Source of the DNA: Catajapyx aquilonaris
Lineage: Eukaryota
Reading direction: 5' to 3'
DNA: 64,000 nucleotides
NCBI GenBank assembly: GCA_000934665.2
Contig: KZ537984.1
Span: 186,001-250,000, forward strand
Positions 24,901-38,500 of this stretch are shown in pieces; position 1 is the first letter of the stretch, and every line of letters starts with the position of its first letter. The translations under genes and the position numbers were made by a program. The notes below the pieces were generated by a model. It was not told where the DNA came from. It did no database searches and worked only from the letters and a program-made list of their open reading frames with translations.

Positions 24901-27900
24901 GCCGAGTCTGGAGTGTGTGAAGCCTCTGTAACCTGATGATGGTGATTTACCACTGTAGTCACCGTAGGCTTTGTGATGGCAAGCCTCTACAGTATGTGCG
25001 GCTGCACATTGCAGCACTTGCGGGACAGATTTTCGATCCTTCTATGTAAACATGTTGCACCGGTTTCAACCACTGAATTTATAGTTTGTTGTCTTCAACG
25101 TGTAATATGTGCTCAGCTTGAAAACAGTTTTTTTTTCCTTCCCCTCGTAGTACAGTATATACAGTATATTCACTTCTGCATACGTTATGTGCCAGCTATG
25201 CCTGAACTAGGCAGTCAGTTTTAAATCTTGCTCTACTGAGCACATAAATGGAACAGTCTGTATAACAGAACGGTGGTAAAATATAGAGTGAATGACTCAT
25301 GCATTAAACCCCAGGTGAGAGGCCAGGTACCGACCTCACGAAGTCCGTTTTTTAAACTTTTAGAAAATTTCATTCCCACAACCCAACTTTTTCCCCCCAT
25401 CCTCTCTGCTTTCTGCTGCCCAGGGAAAGGGAATCAGCATATGCTGAGTATACACCGCACTTTTCAACTCCGCTGCTGTGTTATACCCGTCTATGTATGT
25501 GTATGTGATCCAGGGACGAGCCGCTCAGAAACGCGGAGCATAAAGACCGTGTGAACCTGTAACATTTTGAACGGGGGGGTGACTTGCCGCAAAACCAAAA
25601 CGCGACTCTCTCATGCTCCAAACGAGCTGAATGCCTTTGGCACCTGGATACAAAAATGGAAGTTTGGCAGCTGGCACGTATTGCAGATAGTATTTATCTT
25701 TGTGTTATTGGTGTACACTGTACAGTACTCGGTTCAGAGGCTGTTGACCTCTAGTTTGTGTTGATACAGATGCATGCACATTTTAGGCTATCTTCACATC
25801 AATGTGCAATAGCCACATTTTTATCACTTGTAGTACGTAAATTCAAATGGAGGATTTTCGAAAGCTGCTCTGCGGCACATACCAGCCAGCGTCATTAAAG
25901 CTGATGCATATTTCATACATGCTCTACTCAGCTCGGGGAGAAATTCCCGCCTGTTTTTTAAGGGCTCTAAAATAATGTCCTGGAGAAATATTCCGAAGCT
26001 AAACACGGAACAGAGGAGAGTGCGGGCCGGGTTCAGATATTTCCAAAAAAAAAGAGGAAAATAATTCGTCTGGATGGGCGTGGGTGATGGCAGTGGTTTT
26101 GGGTGAGTGCGGGCCATTTCCAGTATTGATTGGACGACTGTTGGAAACTGGCTGCCGACAAGAGAGCCAGAGTCTGCCGGGGTCCCTCGTCATAGGAGAA
26201 AATTTTCGGGAGGGGTGAGCATGGCCCATCTACACTGCTACCTTTTGGTGCTAGTATGAAAACCGTGCCTAGAATCCGTCAGAAGAGGACCCGGGTGTGT
26301 GCGATGAATCCTATGCAATTTTGATCGATTCCCTTGACTTATTTATGGAACCTAATTAAGCTGATCGCTGCACCCGTTCATCCGCGGTCATTTCATTTGT
26401 CTGCTGGATATACCGTAGTGCAAGCATTTTAAATAACGCAATGAACCCAGTTCACTAACTCTTGAATATACTTTGCCTACATTCTCATGGGCCGGTCCAT
26501 TGTTGTAGGTTCTAGTATAGGCTAGACAATGGACGAACTTCCCAGCATGCAACATTTTGTATAGTGTGCGCACATCGAGCAAGTCACGAACATAGCAGTT
26601 GAGGTAGTGATGCGGTTCGACCTGTACCGATATGGTTAACAGAGCATGCACTTTTATGCAAATTTCGTGGTCCGCTGTCAAACAGGACGCCCCATGTCAC
26701 AATGCTGTGGCATTACTAAAAAGGTTTCTGATTTAATAATTTTGTTCCACTCGCTGTCACCATGCAAAACACTAGGGTGGGTGATACCATCGACATGTGA
26801 GGTTAAAATAAGGTCGAGTCCGAGTGTCATTGTTGGGACATGGCGCTCACAGTGCTTAGCTACATCTGGCGATGCTCCCATGTGCTATACGATTGTAGAG
26901 AGAGGGGGCTGTTACGACCACTCTTTTTTTCCATATCGTAAACTTTTATTGAAGCCTGTTTGGTATATGCTACGGTGAGGGGTCCGGATGGCAAGCAGAG
27001 CGTGAATCATCTATAGCTTGGCAAGGGGCTTTATTCACAATTCAGTAGGTGGCTACATGTAGTGCTTTTATTCCGTTTTTACCTGCCCATCAACAAACAG
27101 ATGATGCGTCTGTTTAACATTTATTACCAGGTTATTGGGAGCCTTATGCGTTTTTTGGGGGGAGCCTCGAACCATACAGGTGCTGCTTTCCAATCACAGA
27201 AGCAAATGTTGTCCATCTGTGACACCCCCCAAAACTCCGACATTTTTTTAGTCCACCCCGCAAATTGATGCAGTCAAGATGAGTGTCATAGCCAGCAGGT
27301 GACTGCATTAAAAAATGGGCTGGCATTCTAAAATCATCCCCTTCCTGCAGTACCCTCATAAATCAGGCTTACATTCCAACTGTCATCGTCTGCGTCCATC
27401 TGTTACCACCGACTTTTTGTTTTGCAGCTGGGCCATCAGAAATCAGGGCTGTTGGATGCTATGGGGAAAAAAATGGCTACCGGAACCTCCCCATAATTAC
27501 TGTATTATTGCATGCAGCTTTATTCGACAGGCCATATTCTAAATCTTGACCGCTCAACAACGGCGCCGATTGTCAAGCGCATATATGGGCAGGATTAAAT
27601 AATATTGTTGGGTGGACTCCAGCTTTTTCGTACAATCATTGGAGACTTGTGTGCTTCTGTGCCTGAATTATTCCGGGGGCATTTGAGTGTCAGAGGTCGA
27701 TATTTATGCGGCCATTTGGGTCCCCACGCACCACTCAATCCCATTGTCCGCTCTTGTTGTTTGAATGGTGCCAGCCCCTCTCTTTCACCATGCATCCATA
27801 AACGGCATTAGTGGAGAGGATGGTCTCTCTCTCAAAAAAAAATAATGCACCTGCGTGGATTTAATGTGAAGGGATACGGCTTCATTATTTGAGGAAGATA

Positions 27901-30900
27901 GGGGCAATTGCGGGGAGGTATCACGATAATGGGGCGTTTCATAACTAAAGAAAGCTATGAAGCAGAAGGGCTGAACTGCGTTTGAAATTTCCCGAGCAGA
28001 AATAATTGCGGTGGATCATGGAATAAATGGGGCCTGTAACGCACATTGGGACCATTCTCATCGGGTTCTTGGGAGGGGTTTATTGAGGGCCATGTTTATT
28101 TGCATCATTGCGGAGATACATCTGGCGTGGCTTCGAATCCATTATAAGGTCGCTGTTCCATATTGCATATATAGACTATGAATCAGACCGCAAGATTCAC
28201 ACATACTGTCTGCAAATGGACATTTACACTTTGCTCGAAAAATGCAACAGAGTGCACTCGTCAGTGGTTCGCAGGAAGGCGCAATCCCATTATTTTCACA
28301 CCAACTATTCTGCATATTTTGACACGAGTAATTGTAGCGTACAGGGAGTAATATCAACAACCTTGCACAGACTCCCTGCTAAATATATCATGCTGCAATG
28401 ATTAGGTTGTTGTTGCCATATGAAACGCACACCCGCGAAAACATGTCCGTCAAATTAGAGAACTTCCATAAATGACGTAGTTCTCTCTTTTTAGCACCAT
28501 TTCATACCTTTTTTTGGGAGATGCAGTACTGTAGTATGAACTAGTATTTAAGCTTGTTTCCTACGACATATCACAACTTGTGATTGTCACTAAATCGTGT
28601 TTGTCACACAATAATGAGTCATTTTTCCACGCGTCACACTGCATTTCAGGCCAGATAAACACATCATAAGGGGACAACCATCCCGAAACCTGCAAGCCAT
28701 GGCGTGTAAATCACATTTTAAAATGTGTCACAGGAATTACGAACGACCGCTTATTTCCCCTCCCCCCAATGTGACTTTTTTGAGGGTTTATTTAGCGACC
28801 GTGGCATACATAATTCGAAATGCAATTCATCTGCGAGTAAAATTTTATGGGTTCAGTTTCGCAAGTTTTGCGCGAGGTAACTGCAATTTACTACGGGTAG
28901 TTTTAGCCCGAGCCCACTGCACCAAAGATAATAAACATAATGATTGCGCCACAATTGGGTAGATTGCTTTTCCAGAAGGATTGCCCAGCCGGTTTTTATG
29001 CACCATAGAGATAATGGCGTGTAACGGCCTTTACCCCATTCTGGAAGTGTAGTTAGGCATATATAGGGGAAAAAAGGGACGAACCGAATCACATGACAAG
29101 AGTAATCGAGTCCCATCTTGGCGGCCTAGTTTAGAATAAGAGGCATGTAAGGAGAGGAGAGGAAGACTGAAAATGGTCTTGGAAGGTGAAAAAGTAAAGC
29201 TACCCAATTTCTCCGGACGAACTTAGACGGGGCTAAAAGAAATGAGGGTCTCGGAATTAGAAGGTTTGATGGAACTCTCCATTCCCGGCCTGACTTTTAA
29301 ACGCCTCGCTTTAGCAAAGGTGTCGAATGATACGAGCTTCAGATTAAACCGTGATGAAACAGCCCAAAATAGGACTTCACCATCGTTAACAAAACAATTG
29401 ATGTATGTAATTTTTCATATCAGCATCCGTATATATGAACGAACGAGCGATGGGAAAATGGCAGTGTCTCCACTATTTTCTCTTTTTTCGGTTTTACGTC
29501 TAACTGTGGGCATTTCGTTCTATAGCCACAACCAGGAAATCAGATGGAAAATAAACAGACACATTTTTCATGCGCGGCATCATGTGTGTATAGGAGGTAG
29601 AAAAATAAACATTTTTGTGTTCAGGTCGCAACATGAAAAGAATGCTGCTGTGTGTTTCCGGGTGAATCCAGCAGTTCTGATAATTATCGTTGGTCCAGAA
29701 TGAGCAAACACACCGGGGAAACTGTTGCTGCAGTGTGTGTATATATATATAGTCCTTCTTTGGCACAGGGTCATGAAACCCGGATTTATACGGGGGACTT
29801 AGGGGCAGCCATCACTCCAAGTGTAGCTGTTCCGGTTCTCCAAGTATCTCCCAAGAGCCTCGTGAGGCCACTTTGGTCCACTGTGGTTTTCATGTGCACT
29901 TGGGGACCGGAGTTACACTTCTCCATGTTGTCTTCCTGCCTCCGAATTTCCAACTGTTGGACCAAAACAACTGAAATGGATACTGGATTGTTTCAAAGTT
30001 TCACCCTCTGTAAAGCAACATTATTTTTTTACATCCAAAAAACGGGATCAAATGTTGTAAATTATTGTTTTCAGTCCGGTGGACATATCTATGAAATAGA
30101 ATATGAGAGCTGCCAGTGTTCATTACCCGAAATCGCGTCAGGCAAACTGCATTAATTGGTGGCGAAATAAATATTTCAACCGCCCTGACAATGAGTGACG
30201 AATATAATGTCATAACGGAGAGTTATTAGATAATTCACGTGTTTGGCATGGGGGATAGTTAATTCATGCAGGAGTAATAGGATATGTTGGGGGAGGGGGG
30301 TTGAGGGGGGATGGTATACAGAGACTCTATTAGAGGTCACACTTTCATGTGGGAAACTTGTGTGCCCCGCCCCCAAATGAGGTTTATGCCGGGTTTGAAA
30401 TTTGTGGCCGCCGTTTCATGGCAACTGATTTTGTCGTTTGCAGCCGGTCAGCTTAGCCTGGCTGCAGAGAGCTGGAACACACCCCTAGTCAATCAATCTG
30501 CTGAAAAAAAACGCACTACTTCCTGCAAGCAAATTTTTGATGCCTAAAAACACTAATTAATTAAAAAAAAAAGTTGGACACTGCGGGAGTGCGTGATATT
30601 GTTTCTCACTTTATAATTAGCGCAAGTAGTGCAAAATTATAGTATTTTGGCGGAATATGCCACCGAGGCATTGCAGAATGTGTTTTGCAGGCAAGGCCTA
30701 CAGGCTCCAGCCTCATTTAATCTTCCCGCAGGTGGGTTTGTCCCTGATGCGCTCTAATGACGAGGCCTCAGCATTATCATTTCGATTGAGGGTTAGCTGG
30801 TAAGGGGGGGGGGGGACACCCAGCTTTTGTGGTTGTCATCATTTATGTGCACCCTTCAAAGCCAGATATTGGACTGACCGTTTTACAAGAATGGCTATAG

Positions 30901-32451
30901 GATGACACGCACGCAAAATTTGGGTGGAAATACAGGTGTTTTTTTTTGGGCCACCGGGTTTCTCCAGGGAGGATGGAGAAGAATGGGTTTGATTCCAGGG
31001 TCCAGCCGGATTTTGGAAGCGGTTTGCATTCCGAACACATTCCTCACTGGTGACGAAGACGTATGGGCCTAATCGCTCATAGGCCAGGCTGCACATGTGA
31101 ACCAGCAGAAATTGGCAAATTATTTGGAGAATGTTGGGGCAAAAATATTTTTTTTTTGAATCTGAATCTAGGCCAGCACCATCCCCAACATTACGATTTT
31201 TCTCTCTCTGCACTCTTTGGGTAAACAAATAATACGAGCGGAGTTTATAATTTGTGGTAATGGAAGCGGAAGAAATCTCATCTGGGATTTTTATCTGGGG
31301 ATTAATTTTGCTTGTGAGCTCGAGTAATACCGGTGTATATCTACCACCGTCTCATTTTCTTTTTCCCTTCCATTCTCTCCCCCCTTTTTCCACCATCTTT
31401 ATTCCTTCTGTGCTGTTTCCTCTCTGCGCTTCCATACAAAGTAGATGTCCCAGGAGACGGAACATGCAGATAAGTAGCAGCAACTCCTTTTTCCTGCTAT
31501 TTATTTTTTTCTCCTTCGTTCTTTCTCGTTTTCCTCTCCCCCCTTCTCCGTTCTCTTCTTTCGCAGCTTTCTTATCCTATGGCTTCGAAGGGAGAGATGA
31601 GTCGGAACTTTTGCAGGCGGGAAAAAGCTTTAATCTCATTAGCAGGCGGGGCGAAAGGGCGTCTGTTTGCAGGGGACCAGCGGCATCCACAAGACGCTTG
31701 ATTGCCCTGCGCGTATTTTTACTCTTTTCCAGGGGCTTCCGATTAGCTTGCTTTGTTTAACGATGCTGATTAAAAAATCAGCTTATGGAGGTACATCAAA
31801 GGGGAGGTGAAAAAGGAGGGAGAAAGACATTGTTTGTCCTGAGGGAGCAGATTTCGGGGATTATTACTGGGGGGACCAAGGGGAATTTTGTTGTTGTAAT
31901 ACTAATAATTTTTAATGGCCGGACGTTTTTACATGGGTGGTGATGATGACGTTTTGTTATCGAATTAATGGGGAGAGTCGGTACTTTTCGAATTTTTAGT
32001 GCGTTGATGAGTACATTTTGAGTTATTTGATAGTCTACGTTTTCCAAGTGCAATAATCGAATAAGTATGCACATGAAAGGATCCGAAAATTGAGTTGGTA
32101 AGCAATACCCAATATCCAGAAACATCAGCACAATTAAAATATTGGTGCCAGATTTTTTCTACATTATTTTCCTCTCCTTCAGTTTTTTTTTCACTCTTTG
32201 TGGTTTTGTGTGCATGTTTGCAGACAAGCACATACCACCCATTAAAAAGCTAGTGCGTAATGTACTTCGTGTAAGTAGCTTAGTACTGTTCGCATCTCTA
32301 TCCCATTTTGTTAATTGCCACATGCTCAAATAAGACTTGTTTTCAAAATGAGACACACGAGATTGTAAACTATAAGCTCCTTATGAGTTTCCGAACTACA
32401 ATTGCTTAGCATAATTGCACCATACTGCAAAATGGCAATTACTGAGACTCT

Positions 32452-32518
32452 CAGTGGATGACCAACCGAATTATTTTCTATCCGCGGTATATAAGTGGTG
32501 GCAGTTGGACCCACCCTG
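32452..32518. mobile_element. degenerate Tc1/mariner-type MITE relic, ~67 bp
   Basis: Right end CAGTTGGACCCACCCTG-TA with a decayed left end CAGTGGATGACCAACCG. Confidence 0.3.
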
Positions 32519-35500
32519 TATAAAGAAAAGAATAGATCTATCAGTGCAACCCGACTCCCCCGGAATTGAATCCCAGTCCTAGAATCTGGCAGTGTAGTTT
32601 GACGCCCATGTCAGCAATTTTTCTCCCCTTTTTCCCCTTGCCTTCCCGGCGGGTTCGATATGACGCAACCTAGAAATCAAAGTTCTGGAAGGAAAGGAAA
32701 AGGGGGGGGGGGGCCTTCTCCCAGATATCTCCTCCGCCTTTTCAGAGTGGCCAGCTCCAACTAACAGAGGCCTAAGTTTGTCTCTGTCGCAGCTCGGGGA
32801 AATGGCGGCCAGTTTTGGTGGTGGCCCAGACCTCTCCTTTTCCAACGCCAATATGTAAATTGGACTGGGCTGGCTGCTTCTTCTTGTCGACTGCTTGCCG
32901 GCCATTTATTAGCGGCCAAGATGGAACGGGCCCGGCTTTTGGCGCGATAAATCAGTGGCCGGCCGGGGCCGAAATGGCGCTCGGTCCCGGGGAAAAGAGG
33001 AGGAAATGGCCCATCCCTTGCATTTTGGTGTGGCCGCCTCCAACACCAGAGTCCATTGACTTTGTCTGCTGCTGCCTGGGCACCCCCCATATTATGTAGT
33101 CCCCAACCTCCCAACGGCATTCGCAGTCCGCTCAACTGCAAGTCCCCACAGTAATGGAGCGTCCGGAGGATGGACCCTCCCCCAGAGCGACTAATTAACC
33201 GGGGCCTGATATTTCTTCCATACCAAGGTGGACATTTGCGCCAGGCTTAAAGGGCCTTCCGGATTCCAGCAGGACGGTTTATTGCACCCAAAAATTTAAT
33301 ACCCGCCCAGAACAATCTACCTTGACCCACATATGTGATGCCTGAGTTGCAATTAAGGGCTGGCTGCTGGATGCCATTGTTAGTATTTAGGAGGATAATG
33401 CACAGTGGCTACACGCTCCAAGAGACACCATGAAAAATCACTTAATGTTGAGTAAATAGTGTGATTGCAGAATTTGAGAGAGTGTAACAATTGGGCAGGT
33501 CGACTGCTCCTTTTGTTTTGTTTTTTCTCACTGGGACTGTGTGAGTGCCTAATGTGATGCGAGTGAATACTCGCATGGAGCGATTCGGAATGTGGCCCAG
33601 ATTACAAGCAATTGGGACATTAGCTTATTGAGTGTTTAGAACAAAGGGCAGCGAAAATTGCATGGATTTACGCGTTAATCAACAAAGGTGGATTCATTTT
33701 TTTGCAGGGATTTGAACCATGCTGTGTATATAATTGAATGGATTTATTAACGGTGAATCGACTTGCTGAGAATGAAAAATAATATGGTTGACGCTTTTGT
33801 AAGTCTGAATGACTGAACAACAACATAATTATATTAAGACTAGCGCAGTGTTTTTTCCAGTGTTGTGCATAAACGTGCATACGTTGAAGATTTGTGGTAC
33901 TCTGCATACAAATTATTGTAGTTTTGTTTGCAAGTTCTTGAGAGCATCGGACATAATATTGACATTTTAAGCTTTTCTTATTACATTATGAAAATCTGCG
34001 AATGCTAAAATGCCTCGACTGTGCTGCGCTTATTTTCGGCTGTGAAATCACAGGCAGTTTGCACAGTTTATGTTGACCCGCTACGTGCTATTTATTATTA
34101 CAGAAAGTACTGAAGACAGTGCGCTATAAATTATGCAATAGATCCAGTATGATCAATAAAAATATTTGTGTAGCAAGTGTATGCCTGTTGTTAAGTCATG
34201 CGAGCTTCGAATAATATTTTACAAGGCATACTGCATTGCGCTTGCATTTGACTCCCACGCAGTTAAATTCCGGCTTACGTTAGTTTGATGATAACTAAAC
34301 TGTTTACATTATAATTAAATTATGAGAAATTTTTAACAACTTCATATGAACATTGTGCAAAATTTGTTCCGTTTTTTATTTTTTATTTAGCTGAGATAAT
34401 TATCGCGAAACCAACAACAAATCGAAACCTTGTTTGCGACTTTTGGGGACATTTCCCAAGTGAGTCCCGTTATGTAATCGGAAGAGGTACTCTGGCCGAA
34501 ACCTATTGATTCTCCACTGAACCATTCTCCAACACCCAATAATGACATTACCCACGGCTTATATTGCCTCTGCCCCGGAGAATTTTACTCCTGATTATAA
34601 TCCTGTTGAATAATAGCGATCTGCTACACGCTGCGGTCTAACTTGTAGCGGATTATTAAGGGAGAACCAAAATGCATAATGCATGATCATACAAACTCTG
34701 GTAACCGCAACCTCGCATTAGAGGTGATTTTTTTTCATCCAACCCCCCCTTTTTTGGATGGTGAGGTTGTCAGCATCTACAGGTTGGCTCCATGGTGCCC
34801 TCCGGAGCCATCTTTTCTCTCCAGCGCCCTGTAAGGTCCTTAGATCCCCCTTTCGCAGACAATAAAATAAAGGAGACATTTTCTTCCTCCCGGAGAGAGT
34901 AGTCCTCCCCTTGTCCCCCTTAGTTTCCTGGAGAAGTCTAGCGGGGCGCGCACCAGATGAAGTAATTCGAAATTAATGGACCGAGTCTGGACGTCCTCTC
35001 TCGCTCCTCGAAGTAGGCAGCAGGCGACGCGGTTGCCAAGTAGTTCCTTCTGCGGATTGCACTGCTAATTGGAACTTGGGGCCTCCCAGGATATTAAGGC
35101 CCGTCGCCTACTTATACGCACACCAGAAGCAGCATCCTCATGGGAGGTGGATGATGACGGTTTGAGCTGGCTGATGTCACGCTGCTCCTAATGTGTGGGA
35201 TGAACTTGGCCTCTGTAGTTTTCGGAATGTAAATGTCAAAGAAAGTTTGGGGACACATTACATGCTACGCCCACAGGACAGTCATTATTATACTGGAGAA
35301 GACATCACATAACAGGAAATCTGGGGGTCGACGACTGTTGTTATGGTTAGAAATCTAAGGACTTTATTGGGCTAGCCGGGCATGTTCGCTGCTATGGTTT
35401 CCAGACGGACTACCAGACAGCCTATTATAGCATCAGAAAATGTGGCCGGCAGAATATTTTTGTCCCAGTATTGAACGACACTTTTTCTATGGATTCTTGC

Positions 35501-38500
35501 TACGAATATAAGGCTCACCTAATTGAATATGAGACAAATGCCAGTACTGGAGACACGGGGACGATTTTTTTTGCTCCAACTGAACACCCTGAAGCACCCG
35601 TTGTTGCCAAAAAAAAGTATTAGGGATAGCAGTTTAGACTATCTCCTTTCGCGATCTGCATATTTCCTCGCTCCGCTCAGATTTCTCTCTCCCTAGGGCA
35701 TCTCGTTATCCTGCAGAGCAGTCTCTGTCTTCTTCTGCCTCCTGTTAGACTCTATTGTTCTCCTGAGGACACCTGTAAAAAGAAAAAAAGCACGAGTCCA
35801 TGCTTGGCACGGGACTCTATAGTTTTCCTTCCACGACGCATTGTTAAGCCGACTCGTCTCTATAAGGGTTATTGGAAAAGGGACAGTCGAAGCCTGGAAA
35901 CAGTACCGAAGCAGAACAGAACGATAACGGTCAATGGGCTGCAGGTATTAGGTTTCAGAACCATGATAATTTTTTTTTGAAAATCTAATCCCAGTTTTTT
36001 TTTCGTACAATGGAAACTATAGAGAGTATGCCAGGCGTTATCTGAACTTACGGTTAGTTGCGGTAGTACAAAAAAATATTCGTTTATATTGGCACCGTAA
36101 TTTTGAAAATGGGGACGTAGGGTATTTACAGCGGGTGATTGTCACAGCCTCCGTATATGAGGCCATCACCAAATAGAATTCGGTCGTTCAAAAGGTCTCG
36201 ATTAGGGCATAACGCTTAATTGTGTTAAATGCGCTCCCATATGGAAAAAAAGGTTGAATGAAAAGCATAACGCATCAAGTCACCCATCTTTTGTTATATA
36301 AAAAATTGTTTGCACCATTGTGTCGGTTCATTTGCCTGTTGCTAAACTTGGCACTCGGCTTCCCATTAGCCTCTGTGTTCTTTTTTTCCTGCATGCCAAC
36401 CTCGAAAAACGAGGTTACAAAATCGTACACTTTCTAGCACTAGATTGGTGCTCATTCAACGCTTTTCACATGCTGACATTTTATGGTGGACTCTAGAATT
36501 TATTTTCGTGCGCGACATTTACAAAAAAAAAGCAATGCTGCATAAAATCTCAAACAAAATAATCTACTCTAGGTTGTTAGCAGTGTGGAGTAGCATAAAG
36601 CGCATGCATTAAGGGCAATATACCGAACTTTTATACAGGTAATAAATAGCCGATATTGCTTACTAACTAGTGCGGAGGAGATTTTGTTGCAATTTTCCTG
36701 GGTGATATAGCCATTGATTGGAAATACAGTTTTTATCACCTTCGCTTCGGGTAGCGACTGTGGGTGTATCGACTGACTGCAGGTTTACGTAATAAAATCC
36801 TCCAAAGTTAATCACTTGGCTTCTGGATACCTTTGATATAATTCGGTAAAGGGTGTTGAAGTCTCGTTGCTTTCTTGCCCTTCAAAGGCTTCTTCGCTAT
36901 ACCCTTGCATCTTGGTGAAAGCGTCTTTTTTTAATCTTTCAAAGTGCGACACGGGCTTCTTTTCACGATTTTTTCTCTCGCTCTCCATATTTCATAAAGG
37001 TCAATGTATAAGGAGGTACTTTGGAAATGGGTTTTGACTTTTTTGTGTGCGAAATGGTGGTGGATGCATTAGATATGAAAAGAACTGATCTACTCAGAGT
37101 GTGTCTTATAAACTCGAGTGGTGGTTCATGCTTTTTGGTAACATCCAATGATATGGTTGTTGTATTCATTTTAAAGCCCGAATAAGTAGTTCTTCCCAGA
37201 TTGGATCGTGATTGAAATTAAAATGTTATGAGAGAACAAAAATTGATTGACAAGGTGTGGATAATTAGTTAGTTAAAAATGCTACAATAATGAATTATAA
37301 TTATGTTATTATGTGTCAAAACTGGTGATTATGAAGTATTACTCGCATGATTATCCATGTGGTTTGTGTGGACTTGTTTACCACTCGGTCTCTTTTTGAT
37401 CACATATTTATTACAAAAACAACGGCATCACTGATCAATTCATTTTTATTTGTTATGTGACTATCGCAGAATAGCGAAACATGTAATTACTCGTGACAAT
37501 AGACCGCCAAAATGAAGTAGTCAATCCGACATCTGCGAAAATAGTTACTGTATAGTACGTAATAAATCAGGAGAGGGTTAGAATTCGCGCAGTAATTTTC
37601 ACTTCAGGCTCTGACTTGCTCTTCTTTAAAGTCAAAAAGCGAAAGTTTTTTTTTGTCTCCTTCAAGAAAAGTCTTTCGTACTTTTCAAGTTCACATTTCT
37701 GGAAACGTGACTTTCATGCTCGTTGAGCCCAAAATCACTCATTTACATGCTAATGAGATCGGAACACTTTAAGGTTTGGCCCTGAGATTATATAGAACCG
37801 CTAGTCTTTAGTATGAGCCTATAACCTCAGTCAGCTGTATTTTAATTATCATCTTACTACTATTTCGAAGTAGTAACTGTTGCATTATAATGTTATTTAT
37901 TTTAAGGCCAATTTGTATCGACTATTCCGTCGATTGTTGCGCGTGCTGGAAAATTTCTGCATGGAAAATTTTCTCAGCTCGGTTTTAAGCATGTCGACGA
38001 GCTTTTTCGAGCGACCGAAGTCGCACATGTTTACCCGATCACGGTTAGATCGCTGCCAGATTAGGCCTTTGTGAAGAAAGAGAGAGCCGAATCACTTTTT
38101 TTTTCTTTCCTCAAGCCTTCGAGCCGAAACGGATCATTCTTGAACTCAATTTTCTCTCGGATTGGATATCTACTTAGAGCTGCCCCCATCAAACGAGATC
38201 CTAGAGTTTATATGTTCTCGTGAAACTGGGTGAAGAGACATTTTGACCTCACTTCCTATACCGTATAAGGCAGCGCGTGTAATGGCCAAGGGTAAAACAG
38301 GGGGGCTGCCTTATCTCCCCAAGATTTTTACATCACCTTTATAGAAACTCTTTTGTGGTAGCAAGTAATCGGGTAAGATCAGCAAGGGACAAAAAAAGTG
38401 CAATATTTTTGGCAATATTTTGATGTAGTTTCTGGTGTGAACAACATGTGTCTGAATTGTCGTAATTAGCGACATAAGGCAATATTTGCAGATAAGATAT

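Noticed and set aside
28492..28502. TAGCACCATTT, matching the 5' half of miR-29 family miRNAs
   Set aside because: The match stops after 11 nt and there is no complementary arm nearby.
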